Assembly: GCA_038087875.1 (NCBI GenBank)
Contig: CM075988.1
Coordinates: forward strand, 14,634,001-14,698,000
DNA: 64,000 nt
Source: Malacoraja senta
Taxonomy: Eukaryota
Direction: 5' to 3'
Position 1 is the stretch's first letter; each line of letters begins with the position of its first letter. Both the position numbers and the translations under genes were made by a program. Below are positions 37,345-51,147 of this stretch, piece by piece. The notes beneath the pieces are model-generated. The model had not been told where the DNA came from, did not search any database, and saw only the letters and a program-made list of their open reading frames with translations.

Positions 37345-37635
37345 GGGCGGCACAGTGGCACAGAGTTGCTGCCTTACAGCGCCAGAGACCCGGGTTTGAT
37401 CCCGAATCTGTACAGATGTTGTATATTCCCTCTGCAACTGGCTGGGTTTTCTCCGGGTGCTCCGGTTTCCTGCCACACTCCAAAGACGTACAGGTTTGTA
37501 GGTTAATTGGCTTCCGTAAAATTGTTAATTGCCCCTAGTGTGTAGGATAGGGCTAGTGTACGGGATGATCGCTGATCGGCGTGGACTCGGTGGGCAGAAG
37601 GACCTGTTTCAGCTCTGTATCTCTAAAGTCTAAAC
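37345..37635 (+). mobile_element. HE1-like tRNA SINE
   Basis: Same structure as 22110-22407. Confidence 0.8.
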
Positions 37636-39126
37636 TTGAAAAAACTTTTAAGTGTTCATTATAACTTTGAAGAGGCTCCAAGTCAAAAAGTGCAAAGGGA
37701 CTGATTTGATAAATTTGCATTTGAAAGGACACAATGGCTGACATACTCTGAGATATTAATGGAGTTGACTGTGATTAATTTGTTGCCAATACCATCAGAC
37801 ACACTAACCTCCTAGAGAATATTCCCAGTCATTGATATTCATTGGTTAAACATAATTAGTCAGAATCTGTACAGAAATAGACACAGTATAGCCTAATTTT
37901 ATTCTTGTTTGCAGAAATATCAACTGTTTTGCATTAACATTACTAAGAGACAAAAATAAGAGCTTAGTGTGAAATTAATTATGCAAATCATAAGCATAAT
38001 AAATGGTCTTTGACCTAATGATTAAGACATGGTTATTGCACCAGAATTTAATCATCAAGCTCCCTGTGTAGTGCCCTCTACTGTTCAATGGTGAAACTGC
38101 TACAGCTATAATCCAACCATCTGGAATGTTAATTGAGTTATTATCATTGTTAACCAATTATCTAAAAATGCAAAACAGAGCTTAACTACTGAGAGGAAAT
38201 CCAAGAAATTAAAAAAAACTATTCATGTGGAAAATTGAAGGGAAATTTGTTTGCACAATAAATAAAGACTAACGTTCCACAGACAAAAAATATATAAGAA
38301 GTCAATAGGTAAGGATGGACATTTTGGTGAAAAAATTCATGCATCCTAATGGTGTTACTTTGCATTCAATTTGCCTGAATGACGCCAACAGTAATTTCTA
38401 AATGACACCTAAATTCTGTTACTGGCATGAATTTCAAATACATTACAGCTGCTGCTCACTCATAGAACAACCAGCTATAAATGATACTCATGACTCAAAC
38501 AGTGTGTGATTTTACAGGTTCAGGCACATCTCTCCTGAAATAGCAGAGTACTGCTCAACTTTCTACCAAAAAAAACTGAGGTTTTCTGATCCAAACTGGG
38601 AATCTCTTCACCACATCTCCTGAGATAGTATTGGTTGGGATGTCAATATAGTACGAGATGCTTGAAGGAAGTGCATAAAATCTGCCTAGGCTTCTCCCAG
38701 GTAACTTTAATGATGATGGGGCCAGCTATCTTCTTTTGGTTTGTTAGCACGGACAAATGTCAACTACACTGAAGATTGGGTGAAATCAGGCCAATTCGGG
38801 GAGCCGGCATCAATTTTCAGAATAAGTCTTCAGTCAGGAATTTCAACGTTTCTTTGCATTTTGGCATTTTGAATTTACCATCCAGAATTATCAGCAGAAA
38901 TCCTGCAAAAAGAGAAGTAGTTCAATATTCAGCATATCAGAAATTATTTAAAAAAACAGTGGAAAGCAGTCTGACGGGGTTGTACCAGGGAGGTGTTTGC
39001 ACTTTTGGGAGCCTTGTTCCACAGCCTAACGTCCTTTTCAGCCAACCCAGAATGTAGTCAGGAAATGGAGCAGAGCATATTTACTCTACATGAGTAAAGT
39101 GACAATAAAGGCAAAAACTTATTTTT

Positions 39127-39295
39127 TGTGATGTTAGCTGAGGAATAATTACTACCAAATTGAACATAATCTTTGAATACATCGGGATATCTTACGAGAG
39201 ACCACAGATAGAATTTGAGTTAACAGGTCAGCGGAAAGATAGTGCCTCTACCACTGCAGCTCTCCAGCAGTACTACATGGAGGACAGTGAGATCA
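39127..39295 (-). mobile_element. Decayed DeuSINE-like fragment
   Basis: gaaagatagtgcctctaccactgcagctctccagcagtactacatggag resembles the reverse complement of the Deu-domain core (recalled). Confidence 0.45.
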
Positions 39296-41485
39296 GTATG
39301 AACATGCAAGGGCAGTTTCAGATCAAGAAGGAGGTGGTGCTGGGCTCTTGAAGAATTTTCAGGTGGATAAATCCCCAGGGCCTGATGGGATCTAATTATT
39401 ATGAAATGTAAGAGAGGAGATTGCAGGGACCTTAAAAAGAGCGTTGCATCTTCTTTAGTCACATGTGAGGTCGTGAAGGTCAGGAAAGTAGCTAATGGTG
39501 TTCCTTTGTTTAAGAAGGGAAATAGAGAGAATCCAGGAAATGATAAGCTGGTGAGCCTCACATCAGTGGTAGGGAAGCCACTGGTGAGGATTCTTCAGGA
39601 TAGGGTTTACTTCCATTTGGAAGAGAATGGATTTATTATGAACAGTCAGCATGGCTTTGTACGCGATAGGTCATGTCGTACTAACTTGATCAAGCTTTTT
39701 AAAGAGGTGATGCAGGATTAATGAGGGTAGGGCGGTGGATGATGCCTAGATGAATTTTATATGGCACTTGATAAAGTACCCTAGAAGATTAAGATGCATG
39801 CGATTAAAAGTGGCTTGGTCATGCAGATTCATAACTGCCTTACTGTTATAAGACAGGGGGTTGTGTTGGAAAGGAGTTATTCTGGCTGGATCTCCGTGAC
39901 TGGTAGAGTTCCACAGGGAACTGTGCTGGTACCTTTGTTGTTTGTGATATATATTATTGAGTTGGACATGAATGTAGATGGGTTGGTTTGATAATTGTTC
40001 GTTTCTAAGCTTCCCCTCAGTCTAGTTTCAGTAAAAACACTGAATCAAGCACTTGAAACAACTACATTTTATTTTACCAAAAGCGTGGCACAGATCACAC
40101 ACTGTACCTATCCCACCGCGGGTTCGATCCTCGCGTCTGCCTGTTCAAGCCCTCTAGGCCTCGCTCAGACATAGGCACTCCACAAGTTCACGCAGTCCCA
40201 AGCGTTCTTCCAGAAGATCGACGCTGAGCCTCGTGATCGTGGACTTTTATATGTCCCAGGACCTCAAGGGGCCAAACCACATGGGGGTGGTCTCCCAATA
40301 ACCCATTACAGATATCGATTAACCCCATACATAACAGACATTCCCCTAACCCAATGATACAACAGTTCAATACATTGTATTCAAAACGGACTTCAAGAGG
40401 AAGTCAACTGGGAAACATTTACCCTGATTTACAGATAACCCAGACAAGGCTCAACACCTCATCCAATCAACACTTGGCAAAGTCAAACTCTGCAACATTA
40501 TTTACACTGATTTACAAGGTGTATGTCTGGTTTGCAGCCATCCAATCCATTCTATGCATTTTGCACCAAATTGACAGGGTTTGCGGATCTCCCCATTCTT
40601 TGCTTGCAAATTGTATCTAAGCTCCAGACACTCTGGCACCTCTCCGCAGCTTGTCCCAGCTCTGCAGAGAGTAATTCCAATTTGGCCAAATCTCCCAGCA
40701 ACCCTGAATCTTAACCCCATTTTTAAGTCCTCGCTGCTCCAATTTAGCCAGGATTAACAGGTTTGTAAGTTTGCAGACAACACCAATATTGTTGGAGTTG
40801 TGGACTGTGAGGAAAGGTGTTAATGTATATAACGGGATGCAGATCAGCAACAGAAATGGGCTGAGAAATGGCAGACGGAGTTTAATCCGAGTGAGTGTGA
40901 GGTGTTGCACTTTGGGTAGTTGAATGTAAGGAGTAAGTGTAGGTTCATGGCAAGACCCTTAACAGCATCCCAACAGAGGGATCTTAGGGATGAAGTCATT
41001 AGCTCTCTTAAAGTGGCAACACAAGTAGACAGAGTGGTAAAGAAGTCATATAATGTGCCTGATTTCATTGGTCAGCAAATTAAGAGTCAGCAAGTCATGA
41101 TGCAGCTCTATAAGATTTTGGTTAGGCTACATTTGGAGTATTATGTGCAAGTTTGGTCACCCTATTACAGGAAGGATGTAGAGGATTTGGAGAGGGTGCA
41201 GAAGAGCATTACCCAAATGTTGCCTGGATTTGGGGGTATTAACAATAAAGGAAGTTTGCACAAACTTGGTCTGTTTTCCAAGTTGGCAAATTTCCAAGTT
41301 TCCTAATTGTTTTCCAAAAGACCTGATAGAAATATATTAAATAAATAAAATTATGAAATTATAGATAGGGTAGGCAGTCCAAATCTTTATCCCAGGGTGA
41401 AAATGTCAAAGACAAGGGACAGAGATTTAAGGTCATGGGGGAAATGTTTAAAGGGCATGTGCAGGGCAAGTTTTTTTTTCACAAG
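39296..41485 (+). mobile_element. Decayed CR1 LINE ORF2 interrupted by a solo LTR
   Basis: VPLFKKGNRENPGN..VSLTSVVGK, SQHGF, VPQGTVLVPLLFVIYI, then after the LTR KFADNT and LVRLHLEYYVQVWSP. Confidence 0.88.
39989..40759 (-). mobile_element. Solo LTR (771 bp)
   Basis: TG...CA ends, 4-bp TSD ggtt (39985-39988, 40760-40763), minus-strand TATAAAA (40245-40251) then AATAAA (40068-40073); removing it restores the CR1 sequence. Confidence 0.85.
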
Positions 41486-42363
41486 GTAACCAAGACGATG
41501 TGGTAAGCTCATCTACAAAATATAAAGGGTAACCTCGGGCAAAGTTACACTGATGGAATGGGTGCAACTCTGGAAAGGTGGGTCTGGAACTCAAATTGAA
41601 GAGTCAAATCTCAGAAGTCAGTGCAACTCTGAGGAGTTTCAAGAATTAGACGCAGTCGTAGAAACATAGAAAATAGCTGCAGGAGTAGGCCATTCAGCCC
41701 TTCGAGCCAGCACCGCCATTCAATATGATCATGGCTGATCATCCAATATGATCATGGCTGATCATCCGGTACCCTGTTCCTGCTTTCTCCCTGTATCCTT
41801 TGATTCTGTTAGCCCTAAGAGCTATATCTAACTCGTCATTTTCTATAAGCCAAAATAAATAATACCATTGTGCTTAAAAACCGAAGTTGTCATGTCAGGA
41901 AGTAATAAAGCACTTGCGGAATGATCAAAGCACATCTGAACTGCTGTATTTGTTATCTTGTTCACTTTCAGTGTTTTATTGCAGAATTCTTCCAGAAACA
42001 AAGGACCTGCAATTAACTTAGTACAACGCACTGAACAATTAAAGACACAAGACATTATTTCAGGGGATTATTTAGCTTTGATTAAATATTACTTCTGGGC
42101 CAACTCTGTAGAATTTATGAATGTAAAATGCTACTAAATTTAACAAGTAGACACTTAGCAATAATCAGTAGGGGATGCGCTCTTTATGTTGTCACCAGGA
42201 AAACAAAAGATAAGACAAAGCCACTGTGTGAAATAAATTATAGAGCAAGTCTCCAATAGTAGATTAAATAATTCAGCAATCAATATTTGGTCATAAAAGG
42301 AATCTTGGAGAGCCATGTTGCCTTGTGGCTTCACTAATAACTGTCTATGTTGTGGATATAACA

Positions 42364-42642
42364 ACACGGTGGCGCAGTGGCGGAGTTGCACACTTATAGC
42401 GCCAGAGACCCGGGTTCGATCCTGACTATGGGTGCTATCTGTATGGAATTTATACATTCTCCCTGTATGCTCCGGTTTCCTCCCACACTCCAAGGATGGA
42501 AAGGTTTGTAGGCTAATTGGCTTGGTAAAATTGTAAATTGTCCCTAACGTGTGCTAGTGTGTGGGAAACGCTAGTTGGCATGGACTCGGTGGGCCAAAGG
42601 GCCTGTGTTTGTGCTGTATCTCTAAACTAAACTAAACTAAAA
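42364..42642 (+). mobile_element. HE1-like tRNA SINE
   Basis: ggtggcgcagtgg A box, gggttcgatcc B box, (ctaaa)n tail. Confidence 0.8.
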
Positions 42643-45600
42643 TACAACAAGCTGGAGAAAGTGGTTTGAATTTGGTAATCGTGATTACCTATCACTGGTC
42701 ATTAAACGGAGCTGTTTTATTATTGAGAAAATACATCCTTTAATTTGATTTGTTGTTTTACTGAAACAAGCAATTCAACAAAAAGTTCATGTTGAACATT
42801 AATGCATTCGCCGAAGTACACAGGAGAATGCTGTACGACTCGAGTCTGCAAACTGCTCCCTTGGTGCTTTGCCAACAAATTAAAGGCCAACTTCCAATGT
42901 AAATCTGATGAGGAAGCTCTGAGACTCAGGATTAAAGCTGCTGAAATGAATTATTTGAAGGCACTCCACAAGAAGTTTGCTATCGAGTGTGGGTATACAT
43001 TCCATGAATTATGTGGAAAGATCTTCTCGGAAAGGGTGGTAAATCTCTGGAATTCTCTGCCCCGGTGGGTGATGGAAGCTGGATCATTAGAAGCGTTTAA
43101 AGTGGAGGTGAATAAATATTTGATAGATCGAACACGGAAAGAAGAAGTTGAAACCTGCTTAAATCAGCGTTGGTTTGGACAAACATGAAGATCTGATGAT
43201 CTGCTTTTATTTCTATTTTCTCGTGTTTTCTTGTATTTTTGTGAAATCATTTCAGCAAATTTATCCAGATTGTAGGCAGTTATATGCTCCCTGTTAAATG
43301 CACCTCTATTTTCCTGATATATGGCTCCAAATAATTCCTATTATTTTTTGTCCTTTGTTACTTCTAAGCACAACCCAAATTAATTAACAGTCTGAACTAG
43401 TGTTCTGACCTAAAACACCACCTGTCCATTCCCTCCACAGATGCAGCCTGACCCATTGAGATTCCCCAGGCCTTGTTTTACTCAACATTCCAGCGTCTGC
43501 AGTTCCCTATGCCTCCAAATTGATTCTACCTCTGCATCATGACCTATCAAGCCAAGACTTTTTTTTTAATGGTGATGCCTACAACGTGCTGCCAAGGGAG
43601 CTGAAAGAAGCAGATATAACAGTGATGTTTAAGAGGTATTTAGATAGACATATGATTGAGCAGGGAATAGAAGGATATGGACCATGTGCAGGTAAATGGG
43701 ATTAGTTAGATTGGCATCAGGGTCGGTGCAGATGTGGAGGGCTGAATGGCCTGTTGTTGTGCCATATTGTTCTACGCTCGATAATCATCTCTCACCATTG
43801 TAGCGATCTCCTCGCTTATCAAAAATGCTACACCAAACCCCTTTCCCTTCCACCTCAGGGCCCACTTTTTGCACTTTATTCCTAAATGTAATTTATCCTG
43901 GAATATTTAGGTCCCAGCCTTGTTTGCACGACAGTCGCACTTCAGTAACAGTAATTGGATTACAACCATTCTCTGCCACTTGTGCATTAATTAACTTATC
44001 TTGTTGCAAATGCTGCAAACATTCAGCTGCACTGATGTTTAACATGTGTCTGTACTTCAGCCATCTTAGCCGCCTGAGTTTATTCTTGCTATTTATTTCA
44101 GTTTTCAAACTCCCCCTCCCTGCTTTGTTTCTCCTCTTTGTGAATTCCAGTTGAGGTTCCCGCAACCTCATCAAGGAAGATGAAAGCCTCCCCAACACCC
44201 CCAGAGAACTGTGACCGCTGAATCGCTGAATGTATTCAAGAACAGGGCATGCAGTCCATAGTAATTTTTTTACTCCTCTCAAAAACTTGAACCTGTTTCC
44301 TCAGCAACAGCCTTACTGTTATTAAGGAAAATAAACTGATAATAAGATTTATTGCTGAATATGAACTTAAGTTATTTCAGTACGCATAGGATGATGACAG
44401 GGTTACCAGATTACAGTAATCCTTGATTAAAGCAATTACAAACCAAATTGTATGCTGGATTTTTAAGTAGAACCATACTGTGTAAACAAATTAAAAGAGA
44501 GTGATTCACTGTCTTATTTTCTTCTGCCTATTTGTGGAATTTGTGAATATTAATGGCAGCTAAATGCTGCAATAATGCTAAAAGCAGTCGGATTGAATCA
44601 GTCCGAGATGTATTCTGTCTCAGAGTCGCTCCCATTTGCTATTCCCCTCGTGTCACTCTCTGATCGCCAGTGGTGCTTGTTCTCAACACCTCTAATAGAA
44701 AACCCATTGCCAGTTCTTAGATCTCTCCCTGGTCTTTCTCCACTTTGTCAGTTCAGCTTCATTCATTCATCCACACACTTCCCTGAGCGTTAGAATCATG
44801 GACTCATGCAGCAAGGAAACAAAGTTCTAGGTTTACCGAGTTCACGCTGTCCATTAAACTCCTATCAGTTCAGTTTAATTTATTCTCACGTGTACCAGGG
44901 GTACAGTGAAAAGCCTTTGTTGAGTGCTAACTAGTCAGCAGAAAGACAATACATGATTACAATCGATCCATTTACAGTGTATAGATACATGTTAAGGGAA
45001 TAACATTAAGGGAATTTACCGTAATCCTATTTAATTCTCCCGTATTCCCATCAACTCCCCTCAGAGTCTACCACTCATCTGCATACTAGGAGCCAATTAC
45101 AGTGGCCAATTAATCTACCAACCTGTAGGTCTGTGGGATGTGGGTGGAAACTGGGACTCACGGCGAACACCCATGCAGTCACGGGGAGAATGTGCAAACT
45201 CCACACAGACAATGCCAGAGCTGGAGGTGGTAGGCAGCAGCTCGACCAACTGTGCCACTGTTATGTGACATTACCTCACCATTGGTGGAAAGGATTTCCA
45301 ATATCAGCAAATCTTATGATTCATGAGATGCAGAAAGTAAAGATGTTTAAAGAAATTACAAATCCAAAGTGAAGCAACACTGTGTAAGCTATCTAAGCTG
45401 TAAGCATGTTTCTCTAGGCCAGGGTATGGTGGTGGCAAATTGGTTAAATTACCAGAGCTAAGAACCCCAAAGGCGTGGACTAATTCCACAATTAGATTAA
45501 ATCTCACCGTTTCCATTGTAGAATCAAAACAAACAAATGGTCTTCGTTGTGGTGATCATGAGACTATCAGAATGACATATAAACCTACCACACTGAAGAC

Positions 45601-47721
45601 CATTGGGTGGGAAAAATCTCTCATCCTTCTCCAGTCCTGTCCACATGTGATCGCAGATCTACACCCTAACCGCAACCTGAAATGTTCTTGCAGTTTACTT
45701 AGTTCAATGCAATAGATATATCAAAGCCAAGAAAATAATATAACCAGGTAGAACACCGAGCATTGACTCTGGCTACAAATCTGGACACTACAAGGTTCCT
45801 CCCAACCCAGTCAACCTTGCACGATTGTCCTCATGAATGTCCAGTGATTGATGTAGCTTCGAACAAGGTGCTCTTTCAATGTGCTCTTCCATTGGCAGTT
45901 CAGACCGATCAGACAGCACTGTGTTATATGGGAGTCCCTTTGGGAGTCTTCGACAATTTCAGTCTCACGACTTCAGGACAAACAAAGGCAGGGAAGCATC
46001 ATCCTGAACACCATCTACCCTCATTCCTCAGAATGAGAGATCTCCATGTCGGGCTACTTGGAAGAATTGAAAGTACGAAGTGCACGGAATGCACTCTGGA
46101 TAAGGGATTTCAACATTCTTCACCAAGAGTGGCTTGGTGGAACTCTCTCTAACCAAGTTGAATGAATTTTGAAAAGCTTGGATCCAGATTGGGTCCATAG
46201 CCTGTGGTGAGGGTCCATAACCTAGTTTTAGACTCCCCAATGAGGAAACACCCTCCTACATTCCACTGTGCTAGGACTTTTTCAAAATCTTCTATGTTTT
46301 AATGAAATTGCCACTCATTTTTCATTGATCCAGAGCATTGGTCCAGTCTTGTTCATCTTTCCCCATAATGCAATTTCGCCAAAAGCTGAGACACCACATG
46401 AGTGATAGAAGTTATCATGAGAGTGGCATTGTTAATGGTGCTCAGGAATACCCAGAGAAGAAATGGAAAGAATTACTCTGCTAGGATTTCAAATCATGGG
46501 GCGGATGTACAGAAGCAGTGAAGTACAGGCAGAAACAAAGAGAGGAGTCAGAATTAGATGGGGAGAAGGGTGAGCAAGTCTAAAGAAAGCTAGAAGTATT
46601 GAGAACATGTACTAAAGTAACATTATAAGATAAAATGTTTCAATAAACGGTAAATTAATTAATTAAGCTAAAATATTAATGGAAAATAAATCTTCTTTAC
46701 GTGTTCAAGAAATTCAAGAAATGTTTGCTCATAAATGAGATAGCTTGGACTTAATAAAGTTAATGACTCTATTGGTAATCTGATCTGCAAGGACACGATG
46801 GCCCATACGGTTTTTTTCTGTGCTGAAATGATCCCACATGAAACATTGGCTTGTCCAGGAACATCAGCTGGGCTGCCTGGCCTGTCCTCCTGAGCAAGGA
46901 TCCAGAGGTGGATCCAAGAATAGGAATGGTACAGGAATAAATATGTTGGTTTTGAGAAGTATCTTTAGCCAGTTGTTGCACTTTGTTGCAAAGTATGTCG
47001 GCCCTCAAACCACTGAAAAAAATAAAACTCAATGCTTGCTGATCCCTGAGTTGAACTTGCTGGTCCTTCAGTAACAACTGATAGCAGGTTGCTTTGCCTC
47101 TGTCCCATTTGTCACAAGGGTTCTCTCAATTTCGATACATCAAGGGACCTCCTGGTCAACTAGATGTTTCAGCCTAGATGCTGCACGTCCATGACAACCC
47201 CTGTCGCTACTGTAACCAACATCTTCTCCCCTTTGCTTATGTTTGCTGCTAAGAATTAGCAGTCATCTAACCTTTGTCACCTCTTTCCACAGTTGTCCCA
47301 CTGTCACCATAGGTTATTTCCACTTCCTACCCTGTCACCTTGCCCTGCTCCATAATAGAAGTATGCTTCAGTCTTTAATTGAAGGAAATGACACCACAGT
47401 GATTGGGCTATGTATGACTACACAAGGGAATTTTCAACTGAGCTATCAAGAAATTAAAGTAAGATGGCATTTGATTTACCCAGGACAGCCAACTGATGCC
47501 CTGTTCCCCTTGCTTTCCCTGGAGTTTACCCAGGTTTTTCAGCAAGGGTCCTCCCCTGTGTGCAGCTTGCCCCATGGAGGCATCTTTTTGACACCGAAAT
47601 GTCCAATTTGCTGCAATATCCAAAGAAGGTCATGTCCAACCCTTGCCAGACTGGTGCTCGTGGTGCTAATCTCCAGGGACGCTGCCTGTCCCGCTGAGTT
47701 ACTCCAGCTTTTTGCGTCTAT

Positions 47722-47985
47722 AGGGCCTGTCCCACTTGGGCGTCATTTGCGCTTCACGCAGGTGGCGCGCAAAGATTTTGTGAATCCCAAAATCCTGGAG
47801 CATCCCGCGCGACCGCGCATCACTACCTACATCACCACGCACCATGCGTGCATGATGCATGCCATGCGTGCATAATGCACGCCATGCGCGCATCACGTGC
47901 GCGTCATGGCGCGCATCGTGCGTCATGATACGTAAATGATGTAGCGTAAATTACTCGCAAATGCCGCCCAAGTGGGACAGGCCCT
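47722..47985. mobile_element. MITE with TIR AGGGCCTGTCCCACTTGGGCG (PIF/Harbinger-like)
   Basis: 21-bp perfect TIRs, flanks tat and taa, CpG-rich quasi-palindromic interior. Confidence 0.8.
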
Positions 47986-48989
47986 TAACTTTGTGCTAAT
48001 ATTGGTTAGCTTCTTTGTGCTCAGCTCAGCAGCTATGTTCTGCCTGTTTGTCCACTGTAGCCCAGGTCAACAAAACCCCGTGAGCAGCAGAGTCAGGAGT
48101 AATGCAGAATGCAAATACTTGTCAAGCCGTTGGAATGCCTACACAGGCCATTAAATTATCCACCATATTAAAACAGAAGTTGTATTAATTAGAGGCTGAA
48201 ACCTAGTAAAACTATTCAGGCTTGCTTCATCATTAAACAGAAGTAACATTAAACCACATATGGAGGTATTTTGGCAGCCCTTTCAGAAAAATCTGTTGCA
48301 TGTATATGTTCCTAACATCCTAAGATACTGATAGAAAATCATTATAACAGAAAATATAATTATTGTCATATGTCCCAGATAGAACAATGAAATTCTTACT
48401 TGCAGCAGCACAACAGAATATGAAAACATAGTACACTGCAAACAATATAATAAACGAGAGAGAAAAAAAAAGCTCAGATGGGGCATCTTGGTCAATGTGG
48501 ACCAGTGGGATCAAAGGGCCTGTTTCTGTGCTTGTGAATTCAACATATCAGGCAGCTTCCTTGAAGACAAAGAGGTAGTTGTCGTTTCAACCCCACATCT
48601 GGATTTTTCTTTTCTATCTTGCGCTATACATTGCAACATTATAATACACATGAACAATGATATAAACAAAGATATTATTACATAAATATCTCATTTGAGC
48701 TTATGATTGCAACACCTGCATCTATGTGAAGGAATGTTTGATGTCAGAGCGTTTCTTGAAAAGTTTTCTTTTATGTATAGTGTATGTAGTAAAAATTCAG
48801 CCTCGTATACAAACAGTTCACTGGTTGCATAATTAATACAAATGTTGTACAGATCTTTATTCACATTCAAGCATAGCCTCATTATGCATAGTTCATGTTT
48901 CAATCTGCATGTATCCAAAGGCTGAGCTCCCTTAAACTTAATTTGAAGACACACTAAACTTTTCCAAGTTAATACCGATATCAGTGCTC

Positions 48990-49611
48990 CTTAAGAATAA
49001 GGGGTAGGCTATTTAGAACGGAGATGTGGAAAAAAAATTTCACCCAGAGAGTTGTGAATCTGGAATTCTCTGCCTCAGAAGGCAGTGGAGGCCGATTCTC
49101 TGGATGCTTTCAAGAGAGAGTTAGATAGAACTCTTAAAGATAGCGGAGCAAGGGATATGACAAAAGATTGGAAAGACTGGGCTTTTATTCACTGGAATTT
49201 AGAAGGATGAGAGGATATCTTATAGAGACATATGAAATTATAAAAGGACTGGACATGCTAGATGTAGGAAATATGTTCCCAATGTTGGGGGAGTCCAGAA
49301 CCATAGGCCACAGTCTAAGAATAAAGGGGAGGCCATTTAAATCTGAGATGAGAAAAACATCTTTCACCCAGAGAGTGGTTAATTTTGTGGAATTCTCTGC
49401 CACATAGGCAGTAGAGGCCAATTCAATGGATGAATTTAAAAGAGAGTTAGATAGAGCTCTAGAGGGTAGCGGAATCAAGGGATATTGGGAGAAGGCAGGC
49501 ACGGGTTACTGATTGTGGATGATCAGCCATGATCACAATGAATGGCGGTGCTGCCTTGAAGGGCAAAATGGCCTCCTCCTGCACCTATTTTCTATGTTTC
49601 TATGTTTCTAT
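48990..49611 (+). mobile_element. Two tandem CR1 3' fragments
   Basis: LERLGFYSLEFRRMRGYLIETYEII; tail tctatgtttctatgtttcta. Confidence 0.88.
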
Positions 49612-51147
49612 CTCACAAGCTACTCATCTGCCTGTTCTGTCAATGTGAGAGACAGGAGTAGTTTCTGTTCCATGAACACAAACATCTGAGTTATGTCAAT
49701 AAGGTGACCTAGTAAAATCAATACAAAAGTCATTTCTTCAATTTGTCTTGAATTCAATAGCCATTGTAGGTGGGCTATCAAGCCAAATAAGGAAAATGCC
49801 TGCCCAAATAAAATGGAATCAGACGATTATATATACAGCCCTTGAGACTTTACCTTAGTCTTAAAATACAGCATGGAAACAGGCCCTTCGGCCATGCCAA
49901 CCAGCATTCACCTTGTACACTAACACTATCGTACACATATAGGACAATTCACAATTTTACCGAAGCCAATTAAGCTGCAAACCTGTATGTCTTTAGAGTG
50001 TGGGAGCAAACTGGCGCTGTAAGGCAGCATTTCTACCGCTACGCCGCTGTGCTGCCCTTCTCTTAATCTCCCCTACCCCAACTCAGCCCCTTCAAGACTG
50101 GCACAGTAAAGAGAATAAATTGCTTGCACTGGTAGAGCTGGATGAAGTTGACCGCAAATATTGAAGCTCCAATTTAAACAAAGCTCAAAGCAACACTGTA
50201 GACACACAGCCTCTTGTATCTGTGCAATGAAATGGCAGCTTTCAGAGATGGGACATGGTTGCATCATTATAGGTAGGCTCACCCTTGGGACAGGAGTGGA
50301 GCCAGAAGTTAACTCAGGCTCTGGAGGAATAAGTAGAAGCTCAGTGTGAGCTCATTAATGTGAGAGACAAGATCAGTTTCTGCATAAATAAATGTACCAA
50401 AATCCTCACCTGCATTGAACAAGCTCTCTTCACAGATTGTCACACCAACAAGAAGTATTCTTGGTTGAGAAGTAGTTCAAACGAGAAGGATAAATCTGCA
50501 CTGAGGTGATTCTACACTGGAGGCATTCGACTGAAATCTATACACAACAAATTCTACTTATAAATTCCAGGCATCACATGGAATAATGGATGGCAGGGAA
50601 CCTTTATTGCATTTTTATCCACGCAGAAGTTCAGAAGACATCAACAATAGCAAGAGAGAAAGAGGAGTATTGTTGGCATCATCGGAGTCCTCAGAATTGG
50701 CCTGTCGATTTGCAATTACAGTCCTTCAATGATGTAGTAGTGTGTAATTTCCTCATCTCCTGTATTGCCACATCCAATAACCAAGATGTGGTAAGCTCAC
50801 CTACAAAATATAACAGTAATCTCTGGCAAAGTTACACTGGTGGGATGGGAGTAGCTCTGAGGAAATTCCTCTAGCCATGTTAGAATTCCATATTATCATG
50901 AGTATTGTTAAACCAACTTTGAAATAAGCACAGATTTTCCCAGGACTAATTTTATTTCCCTTTTAACTTTATTATAGGGTTGATAGTTGTAACCTGATCG
51001 GTCTTTGCACTATTATTGGTCTGTTTGTTTTTTATATATGAACTTTGTTTCGGTGTTATGGTTTTTACAGGATGCTATGTTTACATATTTGTCGTGGTGC
51101 TGCAAATAAGAATGTCATTGATTAATTTCGGGACATTTGACAATTTT

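Noticed and set aside
41866..42006. 141-nt minus-strand open exon candidate (PLFLEEFCNKTLKV...)
   Set aside because: Weak pyrimidine tract and donor, no recognisable protein; cannot be distinguished from chance.
46809..47012. 204-nt minus-strand open exon candidate (GLRADILCNKVQQ...)
   Set aside because: Good acceptor but weak donor and no recognisable protein.
50410..50537. Minus-strand exon-like unit with a CAG|GTGAGG donor
   Set aside because: Stops in all three frames; at most non-coding, and unsupported.
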